DNA of 64,000 nucleotides from Octopus sinensis (taxonomy: Eukaryota), in contig NC_043010.1 in NCBI RefSeq assembly GCF_006345805.1, forward strand, positions 56,544,001 to 56,608,000, read 5' to 3'. The notes under the pieces were generated by a model. That model was given only the letters and a program-made list of their open reading frames with translations, was not told the origin of the DNA and ran no database searches. Shown one piece after another: positions 12,311 through 25,894 of this stretch (within the stretch, counting starts at the first letter, position 1; the number at the start of each line of letters is the position of its first letter). The translations under genes and the position numbers were made by a program.

Positions 12311-14588
12311 CCGCTTTCCATGCTAGCATGGGTTGGACGGTTCAACTTGGGTCTGGGAAGCCAGAAGGCTGCACCAGGCCCAGTCTGATCTGGCAGTGTT
12401 TCTACAGCTGGATGCCCTTCCTATCGCCAACCACTCCATCAGTGCAGTGGGTGTTTTTTTTATGTGCCACCGGCACGGAGGCCAGTCAGAGCGGCGCTGG
12501 CAATGGCCATGTTCGGATGGCTCTCTTACGTGCCACCGGCACTGGTATCACAACTACAATTTCCATTGATTTTTGATGTTGATCGATTTCGATTTTCACT
12601 TGCCTCAACAGGCCTTCACATGTAGTTTTGTGTCTCAAGAAGGAAAGGTATGCATAAGTGGACTGGCTACATCCCAGGTAGAGGCCACGGGTTATGGTCT
12701 CACTTGTCCTGCCAGGTCTTCTTACGCACAGCATACTTCCAAAGGTCTCGGTCTCTTGTCATTTCCTCGGTGAGACCTAAAGTTCGAAGGTCGTGCTTCA
12801 CCACCTCGTCCCAGGTTTTCCTGGGTCTACCTCTTCCACAGGTTCCCTCAACCGCTAGGGTGTGGCACTTTTTCACACAACTATCTTCATCCATTCTCAC
12901 CACATGACCATACCAGCGCAAACATCTCTCTTGCACACCACAACTGATGCTTCTTAGGTCCAACTTTTCTCTCAAGGTACCTACACTCTGTCGAGTATGA
13001 ACACTGACATTACACATCCAGCAGAGCATACTGGCTTCATTCCTTGCAAGCTTACGCATATCCTCAGCAGTCACAGCCCATGTTTCACTGCCATGTAGCA
13101 TGGCTGTTCGTACACATGCGTCATACTGTCGGCCTTTTACTCTGAGCGAGAGGCCTTTAGTCACCAGCAGAGGTAAGAGCTCTCTGAACTTTGCTCAGGC
13201 TATTCTTACTCTAGTAGTTACACTTTCAGCACACCCGCCACCGCTACTGACTTGGTCACCTAGGTAACGGAAACTATCAACTATTTTTAGTTTTTCTCCC
13301 TGGAACGTGGTAGAAGTTGGTCTCTGCGCTTTTTCAGTGTTTATTGCACCAGAGCATCTGCCACATACAAAAACTAGATTCCCAGTTAGCCTTCCTTTGA
13401 CATTGCTTCACCTCTTATGTGTCCATAGCTTACACTTGGTGCATCTTATAGAGTTTCTACCTACACCTTTTCTACAGATCGAGCAGGGCCATCTTCCTGA
13501 AGACATTTGTGGATTGTCTACCTTCCTACTTATTAGGACTTTGGTTTTAGCTAGGTTGACTCTAAGGCCCCTCGATTCTAAACCCTCCTTCCACACCTGG
13601 AACTTCTCCTCCAGTTCTGATAGTGACTCAGCAATTAGAGCAAGGTCGTCAGCATAGAGAAGCTCCCAGGGGCAACCTGTCTTGAATTCCTCCATAATTG
13701 CCTGGAGGACTATGATAAATAGGAGGGGGCTGAGTACTGAACCCTGGTGGACCCCAACCTCTACTTTGAATTCTTCTGTGTACATGTTGCCAACCCTAAC
13801 CTTACTTACGGCATCTCTGTACATGGCTTGCACAGCCCTCACCAGCCATTCATCTATCCCTAGTTTCCTCATTGACCACCAGATAAGGGATCGGGGGACC
13901 CTATCAAAGGCTTTCTCCATGTCAACGAAAGCCAGGTACAGGGGCTTATCTTTGGCTAGGTATTTCTCCTGCAGCTGCCTTACCAGGAATATAGCATCAG
14001 TGGTACTTTTCCCTGGCACGAACCCAAACTGCATCTCATCTAAACTAACTCTCTCTCTAATTAGTTGGGCTATGACCCCCTCCGTAACCTTCATTACCTG
14101 ATCCAACAGCTTGATACCTCTGTAATTATTTGTATCTAGGGCATCACCTTTACCTTTGTAGCAGTTGACTAGTACGCTGCTACACCAGTCATTGGGTATG
14201 ACTCCTTCGTGTATCACCTGGTTGACTATACGGGTGACTAGGTTATAGCCGACACTGCCAGATATTTTGAGCATCTCTGCAGTAATTCCTGATGGGCCTG
14301 GGGCTTTCCCTGTCTTCATGCTTCTAATTGCTTTAACTACCAAAGAATTTTCAACTCGGATAGCTGGTCCTTCTGTTGGGTTGCCATTCGGCAGACTCTC
14401 TTTATCCCATTCATTTTCTTTATTCAGCAACCTTTCATAGTGGCATCTCCAAACCTGTCTCTTTGCATCCTCATTTAGCGCAAGTGAACCATCATCCATG
14501 CAAACACACTTCTCTCCTACCACATCACGATTCTCTCTCACACACTGTCTTGCAACACGAAATACCTCAAGTCTTTCATCCTCACGGC
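12310..14588 (-). mobile_element. RTE-clade LINE, 5'-truncated, full 3' UTR; RT with YADD and internal PHD finger; disrupted by a stop/frameshift
   Basis: ORFs 13408-14595 and 12700-13164 give KAPGPSGI, QFGFVPG, KAFDRVP, HQGSVLSPLLF, LLYADD, LHGSETW, RGRPRKTW; about 390-nt 3' UTR. Confidence 0.95.
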
Positions 14589-14650
14589 TCACCACTTCAA
14601 ACTATTCTACAAATAGTTGATATACACCCACACACACATATGTATGTATG

Positions 14651-14727
<77 letters not shown>

Positions 14728-15295
14728 CATACATATGTGTGTGTGGGTGTATATCAACTATTTGTAGAATAGTTTGAAGTGGTGTCCATCTGGAGACCAC
14801 TTCAAACTTTTATGAAGTGGATTTCATTGTTTGGCCGAGAACACATCATAAGAGTTCATAGATTTCTAATTGCAGATTTACACAGTTGCTTCGTGCTCCA
14901 CTTACCACTTAATCCATAATCCACTTAATCCATTAGTGCCAGTAAATTGTCTGAAAAGTTGAATCCTTTTCAAGATTCTAAGATTCCGGTACCATAACGG
15001 ATCTGTATTATACTGACTGGTTGCTTACATAAAACAGCCTTACAATACTAACAAATTGCATCTAAAGGCCAATATACATACACACACATATGCATACTGT
15101 CTATATATCTATCTCTCTATATATAAACAACTTATAAACAAGGGCAAAAGAAAAAAATTCTAATGCTCAAATTTTTTTATTTTTTTATTCTGCCCTTGTT
15201 TATAAGTTGTTTATAAATTTAACCTTTAAAGGTATTTTTTAATATGCTGGCCATTGATAGAATTTTTTTCAAAAAGTTTTATCCTATATTAGATA

Positions 15296-15346
<51 letters not shown>

Positions 15347-15365
15347 CTATCTATCTATCTATCTA

Positions 15366-15413
<48 letters not shown>

Positions 15414-16373
15414 ATATATGTGTGTGTGTCTGTTTGTTTGTCTGTCTGTCTATGTAAATGTAGATAAATACACAGACAGATGGACAGCTAGATACAGATA
15501 GGTGCAGTGGTGGTTGAGTGGTTTGGAAGTTATCTTGCCACTCACATCGTTTCCGTTTCAGTCCCACTGCATGACATTGCACAAGTGTCTTTTGCTCCGA
15601 TGCTGGAACAACCAAACGCTTGTGAGCGGATTTGGTTGACATAAATTGGGAAAAGAAGCTCGTCATGTATCTATATGTGTCACTTGTTTCGGTCATTGGA
15701 CTGAGGCCATGCTGGAGCACTGCCTTGAATGGTTTTAGTCAAACAAATTAACTCTAGGACTAACTTTTCTATCAGTCTGTTTGGCTGAACTGCTTAGTTA
15801 CAGGGATGTCAACAAACCAACATTAGTTGTTAAGTAGAGGAGGAAGGGGGACAAACACAGACACAAAGAAAGCCTTGGCCTTTATCCAAGGTGATGTCCA
15901 AGGTGATGGGAAGAAATATAAGAGATGCTTCATGGATGGAAGTCAAACCAAGAAAGAAAGGTCAGATTCAGCTTCCATCTCTGCAGCATCTCTTCTACTC
16001 CTTCCCATCACTTTCAGCTCGTATGTTCCTGCCACGAGGCTTCACTCCACAAATGCCAGCTTAATTTAATTTGTCTTTAGTCGAAAGACACCTGTTGTTA
16101 TTGTCTTCTTGTTTGTATTTGTAATTGTGTAACATTTATCCGTTTTTTCGTCCTTGCATACATTCACTTGCTTTCTTCCAAAGAATCTATTGCTCTTGGC
16201 CAGATTGGAGCAGTCTCGAATGTAACCGGCCAAAACTGCAGGGATGATCAGAACTCGACTGACGATACAAGGCTCCAAATGACCCGTTCTTGTTTTTTCC
16301 TGTCCTATCTTTTGTCTATCTATTTTTACATATACATATAGTGGCATATGTACACTTTTGGTCTCATATATAT

Positions 16374-16405
<32 letters not shown>

Positions 16406-16650
16406 CATATATATTACACACACACACAAAATATGGGGGTTTAGTTCACAGGTGATCTAAACAACTAGGTATGCTGGGTAAGTGCTGTAATGAATCACAA
16501 GGGCTCCAAGGTTATAGCCAAGATGGGAGTTATGGAACCATTGTAGATTTCCGATATAGTGGATCTAGAATTGTTAAAGAGGACAACAAACATTTAGGAA
16601 AGACAAACACCTCAAGTCATATACAATATTATTAATGGAAAATTTTCAAA

Positions 16651-16706
16651 GTCTTACAGCTGTTTCTGGGATATCCCAAAGTATGGGATATTCCATCATC
16701 AGAGAC
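16651..16706 (-). ncRNA. Minimal type-I hammerhead ribozyme, core intact
   Basis: GUCU-CUGAUGA-[UGGAAUAUCCCA UACUU UGGGAUAUCCCA]-GAA-ACAGCUGU-A-AGAC; palindromic helix III, GUA cleavage triplet. Confidence 0.8.
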
Positions 16707-16803
16707 AAATAGGGAAAACGAAAAGGTTTGCATTATTGAAAGTACGACATGGAGGACAGGAGAAAAGGAATAAGGAGAGGAAGAAAAAGAAGCATAAAAG
16801 TTC

Positions 16804-17045
16804 ACAGTTCAACTTTCCGATTGTGTAGATGTTAGTCCATAAGTCCTTAGGTGCAATCCTGTGTAAAAGCATGTAAGTCAAAGGCTTAATAGTGTAAATA
16901 TCCAGAGATAAACGCAAACATATCGATACATTCACGTTTATCTCTGGATATTTACACTATTAAGCCTTTGACTTACATGCTTTTACACAGGATTGCACCT
17001 AAGGACTTATGGACTAACATCTACACAATCAGAAAGTTGAACTGT
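16804..17045. repeat. 111-bp inverted repeat with 20-nt loop
   Basis: Arms 16804-16914 and 16935-17045; one mismatch seen. Confidence 0.95.
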
Positions 17046-17064
17046 AAGTACACACACACACACA

Positions 17065-17095
<31 letters not shown>

Positions 17096-18520
17096 CAATG
17101 TGCTTCTTTCAGTTTCCACCAACCAAATTCACTCGCATGGCTTTGGTTGGCCCAGGTGTTATAATAGAAGACACTTGCCCAAAGTACCATGTAGTGGAAC
17201 TGAACCCAGAACCATGAGGTTGAAAAGCCAAAACAAAACAATGTCTGCATGTTCCATGTGATTTTTTATCAGGCCATAAATGGAAGATGATCCAGTGCTG
17301 TATGGAATGCATCAACTTTTCATCTTTCAACACCAACATGGTAGATTCTAACGAGGCACAAACAATGAAAAGGAACATCATTCTTGCAGATTTAGCTGCC
17401 AACTACTGTAGCCTGTGGGTTAATAGGTTTTTAAGAGTTGGAGTTGTTGAAAGATAAAGCTGGTTTGAGTCCATTAGATAAAGGAAGAAACAGAAGACCA
17501 GAATAAAACCAGACGATTTATTCAACCTGTCGAAGAGCATTAATACGGCAAAGCTGTTGAGATACCTCTAGAAATATACTGTCAGCAAATGTACAATGGT
17601 TTCACATGCAGTTGGAACATAGCGATGGTGTATGTTTGATAGAAGAGGAGAAACAAATACAAGACATAACTTCTGCCAGAGGACAGGAACAGACATATGT
17701 GTCAAAAGTTAGCTGAGGTTGCCTGTGAAATAAAACTTCCTCGCTGCTGAGGTCCGAACTCGACCATGCAAACCCACCTCACTAGAGAAATAGCAGGAAA
17801 GGTTTTGTTATATAGCTGACGGTAGGCTCCCAACAGACAGGTATAAATTTCCCACACTCAGCTAGTCTGTCGCCTGATGGGACGGATAGCCTGCATAAAG
17901 TTAGAAGGACTAGGTCAGCGTGTAACAAGGTCAGGTGATTGCTTGTAGAAAACAGGCATACAAGTCAATATGCACCTATTTAAGCTTAAACAAGCAAACT
18001 GTGAACATACTTGTGATATAGTTTCTTTAGCAGAGCTGGGTGATTTGCGTTGAGAGTTTGGAAGGAGTCCTTGTTCTGATTAGAGTCATGCTATCTCTGG
18101 TCTATTCTCAGGAAAAAAAAAATATCAGTAGGATGGCCAAGTTTATCCACAAGGACCAGGGCATTCATTAATGGCAAGCTAGTGGGTCAATAAAATCCTC
18201 AATAAAGCAGATCAAAGGTAGAAGGGTCCACTACCAGATGTGTGTAGTTGAGGACATCAGGTAAATTTTCTACGAGATGAGGAAAGGGCATTACATGTCT
18301 GGCAGACTCTGAGAGAATGGTGACCACATAGCTCTCCTGATCTGAACCATGAGTGATGGGGTCAGTGACCCCCAAATGCCGACTCATCAGGGGCCGCCTT
18401 GCCAGTGCCACCTGATCATAAGCTGCAGTTGTTTCCATGGCTACTGAGGGGAGTCTTTGAGTTAGGGTCTCTTTCTTTGATACCTCTACTGGAATGGGTC
18501 TGCATGTGTGTGTGTATTTG

Positions 18521-18551
<31 letters not shown>

Positions 18552-18789
18552 TCTGTGTATATGTTTGTGTATGTGTGCGTGCGTGTGTGTTTGTGTTGTT
18601 TTGTCTGAGACTGTTATTGTTCTATTTTGTGACTTTGTTTTCTGGCACAAACTTCGTGTGTGTGTGTGTGTGTGTGTCTACACACAGACACGGCCGTGTG
18701 CAAACATGCCAGTGCGCTGTAAGTTGGGCTTGAATTGTTCACTCTAGCCTAGGATCGCCCCACCCACACACACACACACACGTGAGTGT

Positions 18790-19025
18790 GGGTGGGTTTG
18801 TGTTCGTGCGCGCGGCGGAACTGTATGCCCTGTGACTCATTAGTTCTCACGTTACTCATACCGAAATGACTGTTCACCTCAGGAGCGGAGCTGTCAGATG
18901 AACCAGTTGAGGTTTGTAGCGAAGCATTATCACAGTGAAGATTCTGCTCAACCGTCGCAGTCAGTCGTCGACATGGACTGATTCGAACCGATCAGGAAGA
19001 AAGAGAGAGAAAAAGCAGACTGGAG
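18790..19025 (+). promoter_or_regulatory. Possible promoter / non-coding first exon of RAB24
   Basis: Locally CpG-rich (GTGCGCGCGGCGGAA), TGACTCA motif, and a good donor GAG|GTGAGA at 19025/19026; about 6.9 kb upstream of the ATG. Confidence 0.25.
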
Positions 19026-19806
19026 GTGAGATTTTACTTCAAAGCTCAGATAACATTTCTCTCGGTCTCGTCCATACATTAATCCCTCTCTATTGTCATG
19101 TTATATTGTTAAGGTTCTTCTTTAAAGGGTTTTCTCTATCCTCTGGGGTCATACATACACACACTTGGTCTGCATCGATTTATACCGATGTATATACATT
19201 TATATACACTCACCACTCTATATGTGTCTGTCAGGCAATGTTTAACATTTTCCTTCGTTATCTCAATGTAAAATCGTATATTTGTGTGTCAACGTCACAT
19301 CACACACACACACACACGTATGTGTGTCTATGACTACATCATCGAAGGTGTCCTTCCAAGCCTGTGGGGTGTGACTGGAGTGAAGCTGCTATTTCTTGTA
19401 TGTCCATTGACCACGGCTGAGACACTTCTGTGTCCCAAGTCCCTCCCTCACGGTGTCTTCTCTCTCTGATTTGTACATTTTATGATTTGTTATTGTTTGT
19501 GTTTAGCCCTGGGTCTACGAGGATTGGGCACGCCTCTTATCATTCCAACCGTGACCGTTTTGTCTTTATTTTTGTCAGAGAGCCATGTGTCCTCGTTTGA
19601 AATTAATGAGTGAATTGAGAGAGATTTGGTTGCTATGTTTTGCATGTCGAGCAAATGTCACAGGATGGAAAAAGGTTGTCTGAGGGGTAAAATAGGTTGG
19701 GAGGGTTTAGATTACTTCTGCTTCGTGTGTGTGTGTTTGTGCGTGTGCGTGCGAGTGTGTGTTTGTGCGTGTGTGTGTGTGTGTGTGTGTTTGTGCGTGT
19801 GTGTGC

Positions 19807-19841
<35 letters not shown>

Positions 19842-21929
19842 CGTGTGCGTGTGTGTGTGTGTGTGTGCGTGCGTATGTGTGTGTGTGTGTGTGTCTAAGA
19901 GAGAGAAATTCTGGGTTTATTTCCTTCCACGTTCGATAGTTTGTATTCGTACCCTCCTTCATGTGTGTGTGTGTGTTTGTGCGTGTGTGTGTGTGCGTGT
20001 GTGTGTGTGTGTGGTGTGTGTGTGTGCGTGTGTGTGTGTGTGTGTGTGCGTGCGTATGTGTGTGTGTGTGTGTGTCTAAGAGAGAGAAATTCTGGGTTTA
20101 TTTCCTTCCACGTTCGATAGTTTGTATTCGTACCCTCCTTCATGTGTGTGTGTGTGTTTATGTATAAGAATAGCCATGTGGAGAAGTTCGTTTTGCAACC
20201 CCAAGGCCCCGGAGTTTGATTCCACAAACCCATGGAAGCACAGACAGTCGTCGTCCACCCTGGCATTGAGTTGACAAAGGCCATTTGATTGTGAGCAAAA
20301 GTGTCGATAGCAAAGTCCGACTTGTCATTCTTTTCAGTCAGCACAATGTGTGTGTGTGTGTGTGTGTGTGGAAATGTATGATAAACACAAGATACAGTTT
20401 ATTTCTATCATTTGTTCCTTACATGCGTTTCACCATTCTGATCATTTTCATCCTTTGCATTGGATGCTCCAGGGCAATTGGATGCAGAACCACTGTAGTT
20501 CACCAGGGAAACACTTCATTGCATTATGTTGACACAAATCAAATGCTTGATCCGTGTGTCGTAATGCTTGGCTTTATCGTCATTTCCTCTCATGTTGGCT
20601 CTGCATGTCATCACCAGTGAAACTACAAAGTTTCAACTACGCCACTCTTTACTGGCAGCAGATTGGGTAACAAAGGTCGATATGCAGTTCTCTGCTCATC
20701 CGTAGCAGTCAACCTCCAACTGTACACACAAGATATACTATGAGTTTATATAAATATATGTGTTTGTGTGAACACACACACACATATACTATATCCCCTG
20801 TTATAGGGGACCCCAATTCAAAGGGAATTTCAGTATACCACAATAAATCATTGGAGTCTTTGTTTTGTTTTTATTCTTCTTTGACCCCAATTTAGTGTGG
20901 CCCTGTTTTTCTGATATCGTATCTCCAGCATCTCTTTATCATGAGATGTCCTTTGTGCTATCTTCATCAACAACTCAGTAATAAACCTAAATACATCATC
21001 ATTTAACAGAACTGTAACAACATCAGGCCTGATACCTTGTACTTATTCTCTCCCTTTGTGTTCGGAGTTCAAATCACAGCATGGCCTGCCTGGGTGGTAG
21101 ACTGAATGTGTCATTTGGTTTAACACCACCACCTGATCCTTTGCTACCTTTAGCAGACCCCACTCTTGCCAGTTGCTAATTAATGTCTCAGAGTTAGGGA
21201 TACCATCCACCTACCCCATCCCCACCTCAGAGACCCCGTAAAGGGACAGGGGTGCTGACTTCCTAGCTAGAAGTTTTAAAAAATAGCAACTGTTGTATTG
21301 ATCACAACAATCCCTGTTATCTCACCATGCACTTACAAAAAGGAAGCAATGGCTGCAGTATGCCATACGAAATAAAAGCAGATAAGAAGACCTTTGTAGA
21401 CAACTCGTGTGTACAATATTGCTCAGAAATTTGATGATTAATGAGAGAAGCAAAACTAAAATAATCAGGTAGGTGATAACACGTTAATCACAAACTAAAA
21501 TAAACTCGGAAATGATGAAGCAGAAATTCACTCCATTTAAATTGTGACACCATTTAAACTGACACCAATTACATTGATTCTGTTTGATATAAACAGGCAA
21601 CAACATGCATCAACATCACTTCATCCTGAAGACGGGACTAGAAATGGTGGTAACGGATTTAGGGACTTCTCTGTTCAAATAAACTATAAAGGACTCATTT
21701 GAAAATAGGATTTTAAAAAACCTTGGTCAAAAAGAAAAGAAGAGCAGTCATGATTCTAATATAACACACACGCACACACGCACACACACACACAGAGATA
21801 AAGATAAATGTATTTTGAAATAGAGTATTATTTGTATATTTAGATAAATAACTGTGTGTGTGTGTGTGTGTGTGTGTACGGGGATTGGAGAAAATAACAG
21901 AGACTCTTTGTTGAATGGAAGTTTTTATT

Positions 21930-22800
21930 GAGTAAGATGGAGTTGGTCCAACTTTGGCATTAATCACAGTTTTCATGCATCAAAGAATTCACTCATACAA
22001 GTTCTGGACGGTTCCAGCCATTCTTTTAGAAAAGCCTGCTTTAGTTCTTTCTGCAACAATAATAGGGGAGAGAAACAGCCCTTCATTTGCCGCTCCCAAA
22101 TGTACCCTAAATGTTTGATTCTATTGAGATCCAGGGATTGTTGGGGGCCAATCCCAATCCGAGTGATTCATTTCGTCTTTGTGCTCTTCACACAAATTCC
22201 GAATAACATTGGCCACGTGAATCAGTGCATTGTCATCCTGGAAGCTTGTTTGACCATCAGGGAATAAGGACCATGTCCAGAGGATGGACATGGTCAGCCA
22301 AAATACTCAGATAATCCTTGGCATTAACTCTGCCGTGTAGAACAACGAAACAGCCAAGAGAATTCCATGATACGTCTGCCCAAATCTTCACAGAGTCAGC
22401 TCTATGATTCATGGTAGGGACCAAAGAGTCAGGGCTGAAGCCTTCTTTGGACTGCCTCCAAAGTGGGGAAAAGGGGTGAATGATGATTCATCAAAGAAGA
22501 TAACATTGTTCCATTGAGCCATTGACCACTTCTGATGGTCTGGACACCCCTTTGCTGTTTATCAATGTTGATGCAGACCAAAAGAGATTTAGCACTTGCA
22601 GCCGTCCCATGGTATTTAGTTCTAGGGAGCTCATAACAAATGGTTTGCGTTGACACACGGTCAGCAAAGGCGGAGTTTTTAGCTCCTTTCTCATTTGTAC
22701 TGCCATAGTTCAATGGCTTTTAGACACAATATATACTTCTTTATTCTTCAGTCCATTTCTGTGATCTTTGCCTTCCATCCAGAATTATACTTGCCAGAGC
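21930..22800 (-). mobile_element. Decayed Tc1-like DD34E transposase
   Basis: Minus strand VSTQTI..EL...YHG, IFFDES (about 22484-22501), FQDDNA (22226-22243), PQQSLDLNRI; multiple frameshifts. Confidence 0.82.
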
Positions 22801-23562
22801 TGGTTGTACTTTGGTACAGGAATGCCAACATGATGTTAGCGACTGTACTTAAAACATAAAACAATTGGAGGAATCCTGCTTTATACACAGCATATAACTG
22901 TTCTGAACTTTGTAAAGAGTTTGGGTTTGTTGAGACAGAGGAGGAAGTTACTTCTTGCTTCTTTTGCTGAGGAGTAGGTAGAGTACCTTTGTGTTATGTT
23001 GGTGACTTAGATATAGTACCTCTCTATGTATGTTTATATGTGTGTGTATGTATACACACACACACACACATATATATATACACATATAAACGATTTCCAG
23101 GATTCGAAAGAATCAGGTATTTCACTAGTGAAAGCACCAAGGTAGGGTTGGTGAGGGCGCCACTGTATACAGTGTATAATGACAAATACAGACTCTCTAA
23201 AATAAACAAGGATTTGTTCTCCAAGAATTATACATCTTCAAAATTCATTAATTAAATTATTGTTTTTATCAAATTCCAATTTTAGAAAATAAAATTTTAG
23301 TAAAGAAATTTTGCCATTGTCTAATTCTCCTTTCTTCTTTATGATGTCCTGATTCTGTTACCCTGTATGCTGAATGAAACCCAGTGAAGGGAACAAAGGA
23401 TTTACTTATTGAGTGAAAGAGAGTTCAATTCTTTATCCTAAACGATTCTGAATGTTCCCTGTCTTTCAATGTGGTTAGCCAGAACTGGATTGTATCAAAG
23501 TGCTCGTAAAGCACCTGCCTGGATTTCAAATCCCTATTTCTTTACATTGTATATATGTATAT

Positions 23563-23639
<77 letters not shown>

Positions 23640-23768
23640 ATACAATATGTTACATTACTCGGTAGTCAAGTAACATATTGTATAGATAAATTTCCTCTAT
23701 TTACATAAAATTGAGGTCTCTTTCTTTCTTTTGTTATCTTACCGTTTTATCAATATATATATATATAT

Positions 23769-23804
<36 letters not shown>

Positions 23805-23856
23805 AATTAATAGATAGATATAGATATTGTACCTCTGTATGTGTGTTTATATTTAC

Positions 23857-23888
<32 letters not shown>

Positions 23889-23899
23889 TATATAAATAT

Positions 23900-23937
<38 letters not shown>

Positions 23938-24349
23938 CATCATTTACTGTCGCTTGTCCATGCTGGCATGGGTTGGATGGTGTGACCAGGGCTGGTAAGC
24001 TGAGGGTCTGCACCAGACTCCAGTCTGATTTGGCATGGTTTCTATGGCTGGACGTCCTTCCTAACACCAACCACTCCAAGAGTGTAGTGGATGCTTTTTA
24101 CATGCCACCAGCATGGGTACCATTTGCATGACACCAGTACTTGCCATGACTGTGATTTTGCTTCACTCGATGGGTCTTCTTCTCAAGCACAGCGTAATGC
24201 CAAAGGTCTCGGTCATTCGTCTTTGCCTCTGTGAGGCCCAAAACACTTGAAAGGTGCTTTTCACATGCTACCAGCATTGGCCACTTTGCCTCTGAGAGGC
24301 CCAAAACACTCAAAATGTGCTTTTCACATGCCACTGGCATGGCTGCCAG

Positions 24350-24386
<37 letters not shown>

Positions 24387-24995
24387 CTATTATGTTTTCT
24401 TTATTTGTTTCAGTCATTTGACTGTGGTCATGCTGGAGCATCACCTTTAGTCAAGCAAATCAACCTCAGGACTTATTCTTTGTAAGCCTAGTATTTATTC
24501 TATCGGTCTCTTTTGCCGAACCGTTAAGTTACAAGGATGCAAATGCACCAGCATCAGTTGTCAAGTGATGTTGGGGGGGACAAACATACACACACACACA
24601 CACATAAGTATAATGGATACAATAGAAAAGTTCAAATCAGGCAAACTACGGTTCACACACACACACACATACATATACACACACATATATATATATATAC
24701 ATATACATATATATAGATATGTAAATTCATCGTTTTTGCTGGTATGTCTTTAATTTAATTAATTAACAAAGAAGAAGGTAGCATTTACGATCGTTTCAAT
24801 TTACCTGCTACCGTACAACTTTACAAAGGACTGTACCTACTCAGGTAATCACCAGGAGCACCTTTCGATTCAATTATCCCTTAGAGGTTTTAATCTCCTC
24901 TAACCGATACCTACACTATATATATATATATATAATAACAAAATAATAAATAAAACATATGCATATATACGTACATATATGTACATACCTACATC

Positions 24996-25034
<39 letters not shown>

Positions 25035-25036
25035 AT

Positions 25037-25072
<36 letters not shown>

Positions 25073-25894
25073 GTATATGTGTGCAGGTTTAATTAAGATA
25101 AAAATAAGAATTGTCTGAGCTGAAACATGTATTGATATATTAGAGATATAAAAATATATAAACATAATAATAATGAAATATAGATAAAAAAAAACGTTTT
25201 TTTTTGTTTAATTAAAATATGGTATAGTCATTAAAAAGAGTTTTGGGTTACATGTTAGAAGAAAATGGAGTATTCCAATGATCGTTTCTGGGGTTCATTC
25301 ATTGAAATAACAAATGAAAATTCGTTTTCAGAGAATGTCTTCTTCATCAGGGAAAAATGATGTTCTGCATTCGGGGCCCACGTCTCACAACTGTGTAGAA
25401 TTGCTGTCTGTATGCTTGCATCCAAATGTTGGCTGATGGAATGGCATTGCCTGTTTGTCTCTTTTCTTTCGCTTCATCCTTCCTTTTAATCATTGTTTAA
25501 TGTTATTTTGCTGTAATATTTATTGAATCTTTTCCTCCTCCGTCTGTAATCATGTAACACCTCTTCTTCATTTTACAGACTGGTGTTCCAGCAACTACAT
25601 GTGACCTGCTATGTCTAACTCGGATTAAATATCATCAAAGCTTCCAGGTTTTTAGTCCAGCCACTTCTGAGATTGAACTGCTGCTCTACTGATTCGCTTC
25701 TCTCTCTCTCTCTCACACGACCCCCCCTCAACCGATGTTCCACCCCCCTCTTCGATTCTTGACACTATAGCATCAATCACAACCCCAGCCAATAACACAC
25801 AGACACACAAACGTGACCTTATCAACCCCCATCCCCCACCACCTCCCACCAGGGGTCACACTGCATTAAAAAGAATCAAGGGATGACATGAAGG

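Noticed and set aside
17700-18480. Non-repetitive-looking block possibly hiding a gene
   Set aside because: No coherent ORF, exon chain or motif that I could recognise; probably an old mobile-element remnant. A tblastx or Dfam search would settle it.
25310-25360. Minus-strand CTGATGA...GAAA as a hammerhead
   Set aside because: Stem I cannot form; the adjacent sequence translates as AILHSCETW, i.e. a decayed LINE RT fragment.
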